The translations under genes and the position numbers were made by a program. Below the pieces are notes generated by a model, which was not told the origin of the DNA, searched no databases, and saw only the letters and a list, made by a program, of their open reading frames with translations. DNA of 64,000 nt from an uncultured Lachnospiraceae bacterium (GTDB taxonomy: Bacteria; Bacillota; Clostridia; Lachnospirales; Lachnospiraceae), in assembly GCA_910586715.1 (NCBI GenBank), contig CAJUJG010000012.1, positions 3,482-67,481 of the forward strand, given 5' to 3'. Shown one piece after another: positions 27,974-39,663 of this stretch (its first letter is position 1; each line of letters starts with the position of its first letter).

Positions 27974-29306
27974 ATCAAAAATCCAATTATCAGACCATTT
28001 TACATATTCCAGGCTACTGCGATTTGTTTTTCCTTCAATTGTCATGATGATTTTTACTTCAATCTACGGTGTTGTCGATGGGCTGTTTGTGTCCAACTAT
28101 GTCGGAAAAACGCCTTTTGCCGCTGTCAACCTGATTATGCCGTTTTTGATGATTATGGGCGCAGTTGGATTTATGTTCGGCACAGGCGGCAGCGCCATCG
28201 TTTCCAAAGCACTCGGTGAAGGAAAACCAATTAAAGCAAATCAATATTTTTCCATGATGGTTTATGTTGTCATTGGATGCGGTATTGTCCTAACCTTAAT
28301 TGGTCTGATTTTTCTTCGTCCAATTGCCGTAGCCTTTGGCGCCACCAGGGACATGCTCGAAAACTGTGTTATCTATGGACGCATTATTTTAAGCGCACTG
28401 ACAGCATTTATGCTGCAAAATGTATTCCAAAGTTTTTTAGTAACCGCAGAACGTCCTACGCTTGGTCTGATTGTTACTATCGCTGCAGGTGTTGCCAATA
28501 TGCTCCTTGATTTCATATTTATCGCCATATTTCACTGGGGAATTGTCGGAGCGGCAGCAGCGACTGCTATCAGCCAGTTCACTGGCGGTTTGCTGCCCCT
28601 CATTTACTTTTCGAGACCAAACACAAGCCTCTTAAAACTTGTAAAAACAAAGATAGACGCAAATATTCTTTTAAAGACTTGCATCAATGGCTCCTCGGAA
28701 CTGATGATCAATGTTTCCATGTCTTTGGTGAACATTCTGTACAATTTCCAGTTAATGCACTACATCGGCGAAGACGGCATTGCCGCATATGGCGTCATTA
28801 TGTATGTAAGTTTTATTTTTGCTACAATTTTTATCGGATACTCTATCGGGAGCGCCCCTGTTATCGGCTATCATTATGGCGCCGGCAACCACTCAGAACT
28901 TAAAGGACTTTTCCAAAAAAGTATATGTCTTATTTCACTTTGGAATCTTCTGTTGACATTAATTGCCATTGGGACCTCACTGCCTCTTTCCCATATTTTT
29001 GTCGGATATGATGCCGAACTCGCCTCCCTTACAAGACGAGGGCTTTATTTATACTCGCTATCATTTTTGATAACAGGTTTTAATATATTTTCGTCTGCCT
29101 TTTTTACTGCTCTTGGAAACGGCGTCATATCTGCGTCCATTTCCTTTTTGCGGACATTATTATTTCAAGTTGCAGCCGTGTTAATCATTCCTTTCTTTTT
29201 GGGACCGGATGGCATTTGGCTTTCCATTGTTGCCGCAGAACTTCTCGCGCTCATCGTCACAATCTTCTTTTTTGTCAAAAAAGGAACATATTATCATTAT
29301 ATTTAA
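27963..29306 (+). CDS. MATE-family efflux transporter
   Basis: About 12 transmembrane helices; YGVVDGLFV, NMLLDFIF and GIVGAAAAT motifs. Confidence 0.9.
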   Translation: MKHKSKIQLSDHFTYSRLLRFVFPSIVMMIFTSIYGVVDGLFVSNYVGKTPFAAVNLIMPFLMIMGAVGFMFGTGGSAIVSKALGEGKPIKANQYFSMMVYVVIGCGIVLTLIGLIFLRPIAVAFGATRDMLENCVIYGRIILSALTAFMLQNVFQSFLVTAERPTLGLIVTIAAGVANMLLDFIFIAIFHWGIVGAAAATAISQFTGGLLPLIYFSRPNTSLLKLVKTKIDANILLKTCINGSSELMINVSMSLVNILYNFQLMHYIGEDGIAAYGVIMYVSFIFATIFIGYSIGSAPVIGYHYGAGNHSELKGLFQKSICLISLWNLLLTLIAIGTSLPLSHIFVGYDAELASLTRRGLYLYSLSFLITGFNIFSSAFFTALGNGVISASISFLRTLLFQVAAVLIIPFFLGPDGIWLSIVAAELLALIVTIFFFVKKGTYYHYI

Positions 29307-29511
29307 TGCCGGATCAGGCTGCAGCCTTCCGGCATTTTTTTATTTTTATCTTTTTCACTTCAGTTTTTTATCTTTTTTGCATTTTATTATTGACATTGAA
29401 TATTATAAGGAGTAGTATTATTATAATTAGTATGTAGTATCGAAAACTACTTGTAAAGTTTATAAAAACTAAACCTGTTTTTCAAAGCAGGCAAGAATGG
29501 AGGAGATTATT

Positions 29512-30153
29512 ATGCAATTAACAATACGCGAACCCGGCAGCGCGTTAACGCACTTTATCGCCTGTCTTATGGCATCAATTGCCGCATCCCCGCTAATCAT
29601 AAAAGCTTCGACAGGTACAGCAACCGCCGCTTTGGCTGTTTTCGCAGTCAGCATGATTCTGCTTTATGGTGCAAGCACGCTCTACCACAGCGTCAATGTT
29701 ACGGGAAAAGTCCTCAGCATGTTCCGAAAAATCGACCACATGATGATTTTCGTTCTTATTGCAGGGTCATACACCCCTGTATGCCTGATTGTGCTTGGAG
29801 GCAGTATGGGATATTCACTGCTTGCCCTTGTATGGGGTGTAGCGATTATTGGAATGCTGATCAATATGTTTTGGATTACATGTCCTAAATGGTTTTCCTC
29901 AGCAATTTATATCGCAATGGGCTGGATTTGCCTTTTGGTATTCGGAACGCTTTGGAGCACACTCCCTCACGCCGCTTTTAACTGGCTTCTTGCAGGAGGA
30001 ATTATCTATACTGTTGGCGGTGTCATATATGCGTTAAAGCTTCCTGTTTTCAACTCGCTGCATAAAAATTTTGGTTCTCATGAAATTTTTCACCTATTTG
30101 TTATGGGCGGAAGTATTTGTCATTTCATTTTCATGTATTTTTACGTTGCTTAA
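29512..30153 (+). CDS. Hemolysin III / PAQR-family membrane protein
   Basis: SALTH, ASTLYH, KIDHMMIF.LIAGSYTP and HEIFHLFV motifs. Confidence 0.9.
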   Translation: MQLTIREPGSALTHFIACLMASIAASPLIIKASTGTATAALAVFAVSMILLYGASTLYHSVNVTGKVLSMFRKIDHMMIFVLIAGSYTPVCLIVLGGSMGYSLLALVWGVAIIGMLINMFWITCPKWFSSAIYIAMGWICLLVFGTLWSTLPHAAFNWLLAGGIIYTVGGVIYALKLPVFNSLHKNFGSHEIFHLFVMGGSICHFIFMYFYVA

Positions 30154-30319
30154 CCAGTTCTTTAAAATCATGCCTTTTGTATACAAAAATTTGTCAAAAG
30201 GTATGATTTTTGTATATTTTGTATGCAAAATTTGTCTATCATCTTTACATTTCCAAGAATTATTGATAAAATTAGAATGGTAATTTTTTTAGTATTCCTT
30301 TTTTACAGGAGGTTCACCA

Positions 30320-32101
30320 TTGATTGACACAAAATTTGACACAGCATACGCCGCAGGGCGTTTTGATCTGTCATTGAATATTCTTGACGGAAATCCACAA
30401 ATATTTAATTTAATGGGTATGGACAGTTATTACTCAATCTATAAAATGTTGTCCAATGAGGAGCAAAAGCGTGTTGCCGCCGCTGCTTCACGGTGTTTGG
30501 AATCGCCCGGGATGCAGTGCGACGAATGTGTCCATATCACTGTAGGTGGAAAATTATGCTGCTATATTCTCACAATAACACTTACACGTAACGGTGACGC
30601 TTACGATATTGAACTGGTCAATGTCACCAACACACGAAACCGCATTAACGAGCTAAACAGGCGGATCATCACAGCTCGGGAATACATAGCATTAACCGGT
30701 GAGGCAGTTTTCGCATTTTATCCCGACACGCAGCGGTTTCATTTGTATTATGTAAATCGTCAGCAAAATGTTTCAATATTCGACCAAAACTTTGATGAAT
30801 GGGCTGCACAAATGCTTGAGCAAAACCGTATTGCACAGGAGGATCAGGAAACTTTCGAAACTTTTTGTTCTATTCTTCGCGAGGGAAAATTCAGCCAAAC
30901 CTATACCTTCCACGGATGCATTATATCAGACGCAAATATACTTGAACGTTACCGTGTCAGCTTTCAGCCGAAAAAATATGAGAATGAGGATACCATTGTC
31001 ATCGGTACATGGGCTATTATTCATGAAGCCACAGGCGACACAAACACTACAATTCTTGAAGACTCGTATATCGACAGCCTTACCGGTCTTTTGAATAAAA
31101 AATCTGTTATGAAATATGCCGAAGATGCCCTAAACGGCATAAACCGTGATCACGTGGCATTTTCTATTATTGATATTGATGATTTTAAGAGTGTCAATGA
31201 TAATTTTGGTCATATGTTTGGCGACAAAGTAATCAAGGCAGTTGCAGCAGTTATCAAGAATGCAGTTGGAACAAATGGAGTTGCAGGACGCATCGGAGGC
31301 GATGAGTTTTTTATTGTTTTTGAAAAATTTAGCGATGAACTTGAATTTAGAAATGTACTGCGTTGTATTAAAACCAATGTAGCAACACTGTATCATGATC
31401 AAATGGAACGCAAGCTTAGCTGCTCAATCGGTCTTGCACGCTATGGCATCGGACCATTCTCTACAACATATCATGATTTATTTAAAATTGCTGACCGTTC
31501 TCTTTATTTGGCAAAAGTAAAAGGGAAAAACAGATATATCATTTATAAGCCTGAACTGCATGGCGATTTCAATGTTCAAAACGATGATGATATTATCAAT
31601 GTATCAAACACATTCTATTCAGAGACAGACATTAATGCTCTTCACAATATGCTCTCTGACCTAATTGTGTATGGAACGGATTCCGTTACGGAAGTACTTG
31701 ATTTCTTCGCGCATGTACTTACAATCAATAGAGTTTCAATATTTTTAAATGACACCGGCGCACCTGCATATACAAACACACTTTCTCCCGATGTGCCTAT
31801 GGCAGATCCCTCCGTGTTAAAAAATGTCAAATATCTCTATCTGTTTACCAACAATTTACTTGCAGTGAGCAACCTGCAATCGCTCGAATTTTCGACTCCT
31901 GAAGTGTACAAGCTACTTTCCGATACAGGAGTTGCCTGCTATATGCAATATATTATCCGTGACAGGGAAGGTGAAGCTGTCGGTTTAATATCTGCAGACG
32001 TATTTGACAGGCGTTCGGCATTTCCTAAAATCGCACTAACCTTATTTGCCGATATGTGCCGCATTATGAACGCAGTATTTATTCGTGAAAATCTGATTTA
32101 A
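30320..32101 (+). CDS. Cytoplasmic diguanylate cyclase (GGDEF)
   Basis: DSLTGLLN, DIDDFKSVNDNFGH and GRIGGDEF motifs; TTG start after GGAGG. Confidence 0.85.
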   Translation: MIDTKFDTAYAAGRFDLSLNILDGNPQIFNLMGMDSYYSIYKMLSNEEQKRVAAAASRCLESPGMQCDECVHITVGGKLCCYILTITLTRNGDAYDIELVNVTNTRNRINELNRRIITAREYIALTGEAVFAFYPDTQRFHLYYVNRQQNVSIFDQNFDEWAAQMLEQNRIAQEDQETFETFCSILREGKFSQTYTFHGCIISDANILERYRVSFQPKKYENEDTIVIGTWAIIHEATGDTNTTILEDSYIDSLTGLLNKKSVMKYAEDALNGINRDHVAFSIIDIDDFKSVNDNFGHMFGDKVIKAVAAVIKNAVGTNGVAGRIGGDEFFIVFEKFSDELEFRNVLRCIKTNVATLYHDQMERKLSCSIGLARYGIGPFSTTYHDLFKIADRSLYLAKVKGKNRYIIYKPELHGDFNVQNDDDIINVSNTFYSETDINALHNMLSDLIVYGTDSVTEVLDFFAHVLTINRVSIFLNDTGAPAYTNTLSPDVPMADPSVLKNVKYLYLFTNNLLAVSNLQSLEFSTPEVYKLLSDTGVACYMQYIIRDREGEAVGLISADVFDRRSAFPKIALTLFADMCRIMNAVFIRENLI

Positions 32102-32118
32102 AACAAATATTGACCGTG

Positions 32119-32194
32119 AAAAAGAGTCCGGCGAGCCGGACTCTCGCGCCGGAGCGCGGTTGCTTTAGCAACCATATTCCTTAGCGCGGAGTGC
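32119..32194 (-). repeat. Dispersed structured intergenic element, copy C (outer stem partly degenerate)
   Basis: Minus strand reads GCAC-TCCGCGCT-AAGGAA-TAT-GGTTGC TAAA GCAACC-GCGCTCCG-GCGCG-AGAGTCCGGC/GCCGGACTCT-TTTT. Confidence 0.6.
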
Positions 32195-32266
32195 GCTGGC
32201 ACTCATCTAGCAAAAAGCTTCGCTTTTTGTTTAAATATTTTACACTGTTGCAATTTCCCTAAAGTA

Positions 32267-32295
32267 AAAAAGCTGCTCAAAATCTGAGCAGCTTT
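32267..32295 (-). terminator. Intrinsic terminator after glgD
   Basis: AAAGCTGCTCA...TGAGCAGCTTT hairpin with a T-tract on the minus strand. Confidence 0.7.
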
Positions 32296-32316
32296 CATAT
32301 ATTTTACAATTAAATC

Positions 32317-33465
32317 TTATACCGTCTTTCTCTTCTCCACAAACACCGGGAACGATTCCGTACCCTTCAGCTCCTTATAAGAAGAAACCGTTACATTCTT
32401 GTCTGTAATCGTATATTCCACCGTTGCGCCCGTCTCAATCACGGTATCCTGCATGAGCACGCAGTTTCTGACCTTTGCGCCCTTGCCAACCTTAACGCCC
32501 CTAAAGAGAATGCTGTTTTCAACTTCTCCCTCAATCACGCAGCCGTCGGCAACCATCGCGTTTTTTGCGTGAGATCCTGTAGCGTATCTTGTCGGGTTGT
32601 CGTCACGAATCTTCGTGTAAACCGTGCTCGGTGAGAACAATGCATTAACGTTCTCCTCCTTGAGCAGTTTCATATTTTCCGCAAAATAACTCTTCACATC
32701 GAGAATACGCGCATAATAGCCTGTGTGCTGATAAGCCTGTACATCCAGCTTGTCAAGCTGCGGAGAAACAATGTCGCGCTCAAAATAAGTCTGACCGTTT
32801 ACATACGCCTCCCTGATTTGGTCAATGAGGAGCTTGCGTTCCATTATGTAGATATTCATGGACATGTTCTGCTCTCCCTTGTCCTTATTGTTGACAATAA
32901 TCTTCTTCACCTTGTCATTCTCGTCTATATCAAGCGTATAGTACAGATCTTTTTTTGTCATGTCAATATCAATAAATGCCTTGGGGATTTCCTCTTTCGT
33001 GTAGGCAATCGTAATATCCGCTCCGCTGTCAATGTGTTTCTGCAAAAATGCACTAAAGTCAAAATTCACGGCAATGTTCGTGTCCGCCATAATCACATAT
33101 TTTTCTTTCTGACGGTTTAAGTAATCGAGAATGCTTGCGATCGCCTCAACCCTGCCGTTGTAGATATTAACCGTTTTCTGCGCAAATGGCGGAACAATGT
33201 TCAAGCCGCCGTTTTTACGTGTTAAATCCCACTCACGACCCGCACCGAGATGATCCATCAGGGAATGATAATTTCTCTTTACAATTACCGAAATATTGTC
33301 AATACCGCAGTTTACCATGCTTGAAAGCATAAAGTCAATCAATCTGTAACGACTTGCAAATGGTATGGATGCCATCAGACGTTCTGAAACAAGTTCCGGT
33401 ACCAACGAATCATAGCTGTTCGGGAATAAAATACCCATTGCTGAATCTGAATTTGAATTTACCAT
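32317..33465 (-). CDS. glgD: Glucose-1-phosphate adenylyltransferase subunit GlgD
   Basis: [23 protein letters not shown] and SLMDHLG.G.EWDL motifs; overlaps the glgC stop. Confidence 0.9.
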   Translation of the reverse strand: MVNSNSDSAMGILFPNSYDSLVPELVSERLMASIPFASRYRLIDFMLSSMVNCGIDNISVIVKRNYHSLMDHLGAGREWDLTRKNGGLNIVPPFAQKTVNIYNGRVEAIASILDYLNRQKEKYVIMADTNIAVNFDFSAFLQKHIDSGADITIAYTKEEIPKAFIDIDMTKKDLYYTLDIDENDKVKKIIVNNKDKGEQNMSMNIYIMERKLLIDQIREAYVNGQTYFERDIVSPQLDKLDVQAYQHTGYYARILDVKSYFAENMKLLKEENVNALFSPSTVYTKIRDDNPTRYATGSHAKNAMVADGCVIEGEVENSILFRGVKVGKGAKVRNCVLMQDTVIETGATVEYTITDKNVTVSSYKELKGTESFPVFVEKRKTV

Positions 33466-34667
33466 ACCTTGTCACCTCCCTTAACATCCTCTGATACCAT
33501 AGCCTTTGGTCCGACAACGGCGCCCTCGCCGACTGTCACGCCTGAGCCAACCGTTGCAACGCCCTTTTCATCACCTTCGGGCATCACGCCGACTACCGCG
33601 TCTTTTTCGATTACTACGTTTTCCGCAATAATACAATGTTTTACCTTTGCGCCTTCCTTGATGATGCTGCCGCCCATGATAACGGCATCTTCAACCTCCG
33701 CGCCCTTCTCTACCTTAACGCCCGCAAAGAGAATCGAATGCTTTACTTTTCCCTCAATGCTGCAGCCGTCGGTAATCATGCAGTTGTCAAGCTCAGCGTT
33801 TTCGCCTACCCTATGACCTGTCATACCACTGTTTCGGCTGTAAATATGCCAATTGTCATCAAAAATATTAATTCCGCTGTTTTCGGGATCAAGCACTTCC
33901 ATATTTGCTTCCCACAAAGACGAAATCGTTCCGACATCCTTCCAATATCCGTCAAACCGGTATGCATACATCTGTCTCTTATCCCTCAACAGATTTGGAA
34001 TAATGTTATTACCAAAGTCATTCTCAGACTCAGGATCTTTCTCGTCCTCAATCAAATATTTCTTTAAAATATCCCAGTTAAAGATATAAATACCCATTGA
34101 CGCAAGATTTGACTTCGGCTCCTTTGGTTTCTCCTGGAACTCCGTAATTTTGTCATTCTCATCCGACACCATCAGACCGAAACGGCTTGCCTCTTCCCAT
34201 GGAACCTCCATAACCGCCACGCTGAACTCCGCGCCCTTCTCCTTGTGAAAACGCAAAAAGTCACTGTAATCCTGCTTGCAAATCTGATCGCCCGAAAGAA
34301 TGATAACATACTTAGGGTCATATCGTTCAATAAAGTTAATGTTCTGATAAATGGCATTTGCCGTGCCTTTGTACCAGTCAGAGCCGCTTGCCTGCTGATA
34401 CGGCGGAAGCACATGCACACCTCCGTGGAGTCTGTCCAAATCCCACGGCTGTCCGTTTCCGATATACTCGTTGAGCACCAACGGCTGATACTGTGTAAGG
34501 ATACCGACTGTGTCAATTCCCGAATTTACACAGTTCGACAGCGGGAAATCAATAATTCTGTATTTCCCACCAAAGGGAACCGCAGGTTTAGCTAACTTCT
34601 GTGTCAGTGTGTACAGACGCGAGCCCTGCCCTCCGGCGAGCAGCATTGCAATCATTTCTTTTGCCAT
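33459..34667 (-). CDS. glgC: Glucose-1-phosphate adenylyltransferase GlgC
   Basis: [30 protein letters not shown] and YWKDVGT motifs. Confidence 0.95.
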   Translation of the reverse strand: MAKEMIAMLLAGGQGSRLYTLTQKLAKPAVPFGGKYRIIDFPLSNCVNSGIDTVGILTQYQPLVLNEYIGNGQPWDLDRLHGGVHVLPPYQQASGSDWYKGTANAIYQNINFIERYDPKYVIILSGDQICKQDYSDFLRFHKEKGAEFSVAVMEVPWEEASRFGLMVSDENDKITEFQEKPKEPKSNLASMGIYIFNWDILKKYLIEDEKDPESENDFGNNIIPNLLRDKRQMYAYRFDGYWKDVGTISSLWEANMEVLDPENSGINIFDDNWHIYSRNSGMTGHRVGENAELDNCMITDGCSIEGKVKHSILFAGVKVEKGAEVEDAVIMGGSIIKEGAKVKHCIIAENVVIEKDAVVGVMPEGDEKGVATVGSGVTVGEGAVVGPKAMVSEDVKGGDKVW

Positions 34668-34776
34668 ATGTTCTGCATCCTCCTTAAGCATTATTTTATT
34701 GAAATATCATTTATCGAAATTATACTATAAAACCATAAAAAATGGTAGTCTTTTGTGCAAATTTGTTAAAATTTTA

Positions 34777-36405
34777 TTATTTCCCAATCCGCCTTTTATA
34801 CTCCTGCTTTTTCTCATACATCATCGCATCCGCCCGTTTCATGGTACTGTAAAGACCGCCGCCGTCCACGCCCTCCTCATAGATTGCATATCCCGCGGAA
34901 ATGCTGACATTTACGACAAATCCCTTCTCGTTGCACTCCTGAATACCCCGTTGCAAAATCCGCAGCTTTTCATTAATTTCATCAAGGGACGTATACGGCG
35001 CCCACGCGCAGAATTCGTCTCCTCCAATCCGGTAACATTTTCCCTCCCCGATAAAAATTTTCTTTAGAACCTCTGCCGCCATTTGAATGTATTGGTCCCC
35101 GTAATCATGACCATAAGTATCGTTACACTTCTTCAAATCATTCAAATCAAACATAAAAACAACGGTCGGCAAAATCTTTTCCGCCCCGGTTGTTTTATCC
35201 GGCGCCATGCGCTTGTCCAAATCCTCCCGAAACGCAGTGCGGTTTGCAAGCCCTGTCAGTTCGTCCGTAAAAGCAAGTTTTCGATAGATTTCATTCTCCC
35301 TTGCCTGTTCCATCAGCCTGCGTGATCTGCGTACATTGATAATCCCCATCACCACAATGTAAAACAGAAATCCCATGCTTCCCAAAGGGGTACTGATTTT
35401 CCCAAAACGGTAAATTGCCAGTTCCAAAATAACGCTCGCCACAATGACCATAGCACAGATACTGTTAATTTTTACCTGACCGATAAACTTATTTACCGCA
35501 ATCTCTTGAACAGTCAAAATGATAATCACCGTCAAAAACAGCACGATACAGAGATGCGTCAGCCATAACGTCTCCCGCAAATCGTAAAGCCCCAACATCT
35601 GCAAAAAAACACGCACGACAATCACCGCGCAATTTACATAACAGCACAGACTCCACAGCTTACTCCCCGAATTATGGTACATATGGCGTAAAAACAGCAT
35701 AAAAGGTATCAGCATCGTCATCAGTGATAAATGCGAAACAAATACAATTACCATGCTGCCCGGGAAAATCCAGTCCAGTATCTGTGTTTCCGTAATCGAC
35801 CAAACGCCCAACAATGCAGCAAATATAGAAAACTGGATAACCGTTTTTGCGTCCTGCCCTTTCTTGACTACAAAAATACCATACAACAGCATGACAATGC
35901 CTGCCAATGCAATAATACACGCCAATGCAAGCCGGAAAAGCCGCTCTGTCAGAATTTTATGCTCCGCCTCCCGATAAGTCCCGTAATAAAAATCCCCCTT
36001 CGGCGCTGCGTCCCGGTAAACCGGTGTAATCACAAACACAATCTCTTTACCCGCGTATTCCTGTGTCAGCGGAATCACATTCCAGTAAAATCCCGTCGTT
36101 TTTATTGCTGCGTCTGGTTCACCCGTCAACGCATATACCCTTTTTCCGTCAACAAATACTTCCGAGAACATATGTATGGTATTGTATACAATCACCTTTT
36201 CACTCAGATTCTCCGGCGGCAAAATTCTTGTATAATAATATCTGCCGTCCTGCGCTGTGAATTCCATTTCATCAGCCCACAGGACGACGCCCTCATGCGC
36301 AGATTTGTCTTCCACCGTATTTTGAGCGGAAGCAGCCGCAAAAACAGCATATATAATTCCAAGCAGAAGTACTGCAAAATAAATTCCCGTAACACGTTTC
36401 TCCAA
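34777..36405 (-). CDS. Membrane-bound diguanylate cyclase (multi-TM sensor plus GGDEF)
   Basis: Extracellular N-terminal domain and several transmembrane helices; DELTGLANR, NDTYGHDYGD and RIGGDEF motifs. Confidence 0.85.
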   Translation of the reverse strand: MEKRVTGIYFAVLLLGIIYAVFAAASAQNTVEDKSAHEGVVLWADEMEFTAQDGRYYYTRILPPENLSEKVIVYNTIHMFSEVFVDGKRVYALTGEPDAAIKTTGFYWNVIPLTQEYAGKEIVFVITPVYRDAAPKGDFYYGTYREAEHKILTERLFRLALACIIALAGIVMLLYGIFVVKKGQDAKTVIQFSIFAALLGVWSITETQILDWIFPGSMVIVFVSHLSLMTMLIPFMLFLRHMYHNSGSKLWSLCCYVNCAVIVVRVFLQMLGLYDLRETLWLTHLCIVLFLTVIIILTVQEIAVNKFIGQVKINSICAMVIVASVILELAIYRFGKISTPLGSMGFLFYIVVMGIINVRRSRRLMEQARENEIYRKLAFTDELTGLANRTAFREDLDKRMAPDKTTGAEKILPTVVFMFDLNDLKKCNDTYGHDYGDQYIQMAAEVLKKIFIGEGKCYRIGGDEFCAWAPYTSLDEINEKLRILQRGIQECNEKGFVVNVSISAGYAIYEEGVDGGGLYSTMKRADAMMYEKKQEYKRRIGK

Positions 36406-36650
36406 TTATATCTCTCCCTCTCAAAAAACTTGTCCATAGCCAAAGCGTTTCGTTGCTAAATTAAACGATACGATTTTTTTCATTATACCGAAAAGCGCTG
36501 CGCGAATCAATGAAAAACAGCATTTATTCATTCTGGCAGCATTCTGACGGAATTGCGCCAGAACGCGCAAAACGCTTGCATTTTGGGAGCCTGTTCACTT
36601 ATAATGAAAATAGAATAATACAAGGTATTGTTCAGGAAGGGCAAGGTATT

Positions 36651-39569
36651 ATGAAGAAAATACAAAAAAAGGCCGCAGTCATGGCGGTGAGACTTCTTGT
36701 GTTTCTGCTTGTGGCGGCGCATTTAGCGTCTGCAGGAAGTATCCGCGCAGTTCAGGGTGCGGGAAAGCGGACGGTCCGAATTGGATTCTTCCCGATGGAG
36801 GGCTACCATGAAACCCGGGCGGACGGCAGCCGCACAGGTATGGACGTAGAATACCTTGAGGCGCTGAGCGACTATGTCAACTGGAATATTGAATATGTGG
36901 AATGCGACAGTTGGGACGACGCCCTGACAATGCTTTTAAACCGTGAAATCGATTTAGTAGGCTCTGCACAGTATTCCGCAAAGCGGGCACAGCTGTACCG
37001 GTATGCCGATTTGGCAAGCGGATATACCTTTGGCGTGATTGCGGTAAACAGTGACAGTGAATTTGCCTACGAAGACTTTGACGCAATGAGCGATGCCTCC
37101 TTCGGAATTGTGGGCACTTACATACGAAAGGATGAGTTTTATGAATATATGACGGACCACGGCGTTCCGCATCCCAGGGTAAGGTCCTATAAAAATACAG
37201 CTGCCCTGCACGCCGCGTTGGATGCAGGGGAAATCGACGCCCTTGTGCATTCTCTGACAGAGGTCCGGGAAGGACAGCGTGTGGTCGGCAGATTTGCGCC
37301 GATGCCTTTTTATTATATTACATATCAAGGCAATAATGACTTGGTACGGGAACTGAATCAGGGAATTGCCGATCTGAAAATGAACCGGCCCTGGCTGGAA
37401 AACGAGTTGATGGTAAAATATTATGACAGCCGTTTGGATCAGACTATTCTGCTGACCAACAACGAGAAGCAGTATATTGCGGAAAAAGGAACTTTGACCG
37501 TGGGATACCTCGACGGTTATTATCCGTTCTCCTACGAAAACGATGGAGTTTATACAGGACTTTCCCGTCAGGTATTGGAGGAAGTTTCCGTGAGCACGGG
37601 TATCCTCTTTGATTATGTAAAACTGGAAAGTATGGAAGAGGCAAAGAGGGCTTTAAATAACGGCAGTATTGATTTGATGAACTACTGCGGGGAGACTGCG
37701 CAGAGTATGCAGTCAGAAGGGCTTGCGGTCACAAAAGTATATGCCCAGATACCGCAGGTCATTATTATGAGCCGAAGTGACAAATCCGACTCCATTGACA
37801 CCCTTGCAGTGGAATCAGGCAACGCCTCCGGAACTGCCGTGCAGAACTTTGTTGATGAAAATACGCGTCTTCTTCCCTATACCACACAGCTTGAGACCCT
37901 GAACGCGGTGATGGACGGCGAGGCGGACGCTGCCATATGCGACGGGTATTTGGCAGAGTATCTGCTCGGTTCGCAGTTTCGTTTTAACAGAATGGAAATC
38001 CAAAGTGTGCTCAGTGATGTCCACAACATCTATATGGTTGTGGCAGATGACGAAGATTCGCCGCTTCTTGGTATTTTAAATAAAGAACTGCTCGAGGTCA
38101 GCGACAAAATGGTCAATGACTATATGCTTCGGGACAATTTCTATTCCAAGATGAGTATGGCAAACTTTATCAGCGATCACAGCATTTCGATTATTGCTGT
38201 TCTGTCATGCTGTGCGGCGGCAGTTATTTTGGTACTGTTCTTTTTACTGCGGAACAGCTTACGTGTTCAGAAGCTGATGTACAAGGATACAGAATTTCGT
38301 ATTTGGAACCTGCATTATCTGCGGTACCGGGCGGCAAAAAAACTGGCGGCAGATAAAAACGGCAATTACGCCATCGCCTACACAGATATCGGTCAGTTTA
38401 AAAGCTACAACGCATTGTACGGCTGGAACGCGGGGCAGCGCATACTGGAGCTTGTGATTCAGACGCTTTCCGAGGAAGTGGACAATAAGCGGGAGCTTTA
38501 TGCACGCAGCTACAGCAGTCATTTTGTGCTTTTTATGAAATATGAAACGATAGATGCGCTTCACACGCGTCTTATGGACATTGCGGATAAAATTTCTGCA
38601 CGGATTTATGAAAAAATGGAAACGCATATGTCACTGACTATGGGCGTAGGCTGTCTTGAGAACGGTGACGATGATCTGCAGCGTGCCCTGTCCGAGGCGA
38701 TACAGTTAGTGGACTCTTTAAAGGACAACTATAACAACGCGGTTCAGATTTATGATGACAAGCTGCGGGCGCAGCTGCGCGAGACGCATGAGCGCGAGAA
38801 ACTTTTGGAAGCGGCGGATATTGACAGAGACTTTGTGGCTTACTATCAGGCAAAAGTGGATATCCGCAATGAGAAAATCGTTGGCGCAGAAGCGTTGGTT
38901 CGTTTCAAGGATCCTTCTGCAGACGGCGCTATCCGCACACCGTGGTTCTTTGTTCCTTATTATGAGCGCACCGGAAGAATTAAGGAAATTGATTTCTTTG
39001 TAATGGAGTGTGTATGTATCATGCTGCGCAGACGGATTGATGCGGGTAAAAATGTTGTACCTGTTTCCTGCAATTTTTCCAGAATGCATTTCACGGACGA
39101 TGATTTTCCAAAACGGTTTGAGTCTGTTATTGACAGATACCAAATTCCTAAGGACCTGATTGAAGTGGAGATTACGGAGACGCTTGTAGTGGAGGATGTG
39201 CAGCAGCAAAAGGTCAAGGAAATCGTGGACATTCTGCGCAAGAAGGGCGTACATCTTTCCATAGACGATTTTGGGTCCGGATACTCTTCCCTGGGTGTGT
39301 TTGAGCAGATTCCGGCATCTGTAATAAAATTGGACCGTTCGTTTTTGCTGAATAACGAAAACCGCACAAGACAAGTGCAGATTATGAAGAATATTGTCAA
39401 TCTTGCACGGGATTTGAATGCGCAGGTCGTCTGCGAAGGTGTTGAGACAGAAAATGATACGGTGCTTATGATGGAGATTGGGGCTTATGTGGCACAAGGG
39501 TATCTCTATTGCAAACCGGTACCGGAGGATGTGTTTGAGAAGATGCTGGAGAAAGAAATAATGGAATGA
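36651..39569 (+). CDS. c-di-GMP phosphodiesterase: two substrate-binding domains, TM, degenerate GGDEF, EAL
   Basis: Periplasmic-binding-protein-like repeats; GGDEF site degenerate (RSYSSHF); GAEALVR, EITE, DDFGSGYSS and EGVE motifs intact. Confidence 0.85.
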   Translation: MKKIQKKAAVMAVRLLVFLLVAAHLASAGSIRAVQGAGKRTVRIGFFPMEGYHETRADGSRTGMDVEYLEALSDYVNWNIEYVECDSWDDALTMLLNREIDLVGSAQYSAKRAQLYRYADLASGYTFGVIAVNSDSEFAYEDFDAMSDASFGIVGTYIRKDEFYEYMTDHGVPHPRVRSYKNTAALHAALDAGEIDALVHSLTEVREGQRVVGRFAPMPFYYITYQGNNDLVRELNQGIADLKMNRPWLENELMVKYYDSRLDQTILLTNNEKQYIAEKGTLTVGYLDGYYPFSYENDGVYTGLSRQVLEEVSVSTGILFDYVKLESMEEAKRALNNGSIDLMNYCGETAQSMQSEGLAVTKVYAQIPQVIIMSRSDKSDSIDTLAVESGNASGTAVQNFVDENTRLLPYTTQLETLNAVMDGEADAAICDGYLAEYLLGSQFRFNRMEIQSVLSDVHNIYMVVADDEDSPLLGILNKELLEVSDKMVNDYMLRDNFYSKMSMANFISDHSISIIAVLSCCAAAVILVLFFLLRNSLRVQKLMYKDTEFRIWNLHYLRYRAAKKLAADKNGNYAIAYTDIGQFKSYNALYGWNAGQRILELVIQTLSEEVDNKRELYARSYSSHFVLFMKYETIDALHTRLMDIADKISARIYEKMETHMSLTMGVGCLENGDDDLQRALSEAIQLVDSLKDNYNNAVQIYDDKLRAQLRETHEREKLLEAADIDRDFVAYYQAKVDIRNEKIVGAEALVRFKDPSADGAIRTPWFFVPYYERTGRIKEIDFFVMECVCIMLRRRIDAGKNVVPVSCNFSRMHFTDDDFPKRFESVIDRYQIPKDLIEVEITETLVVEDVQQQKVKEIVDILRKKGVHLSIDDFGSGYSSLGVFEQIPASVIKLDRSFLLNNENRTRQVQIMKNIVNLARDLNAQVVCEGVETENDTVLMMEIGAYVAQGYLYCKPVPEDVFEKMLEKEIME

Positions 39570-39587
39570 TGTCTCCCTTTAAAAGAT

Positions 39588-39624
39588 AAGTCTGTCCTAA
39601 CCGTACGTTAAGACAGACTTTTTT
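39588..39624 (+). terminator. Intrinsic terminator between convergent genes
   Basis: AAGTCTGTC.TAAC...GTTAAGACAGACTT followed by TTTT. Confidence 0.65.
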
Positions 39625-39663
39625 CTGTTATTCATATTCTATAAAATATATTTCACAACCAAA

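Noticed and set aside
34700..36650. c-di-GMP riboswitch near the GGDEF/EAL genes
   Set aside because: No GEMM-type consensus found in the intergenic regions.
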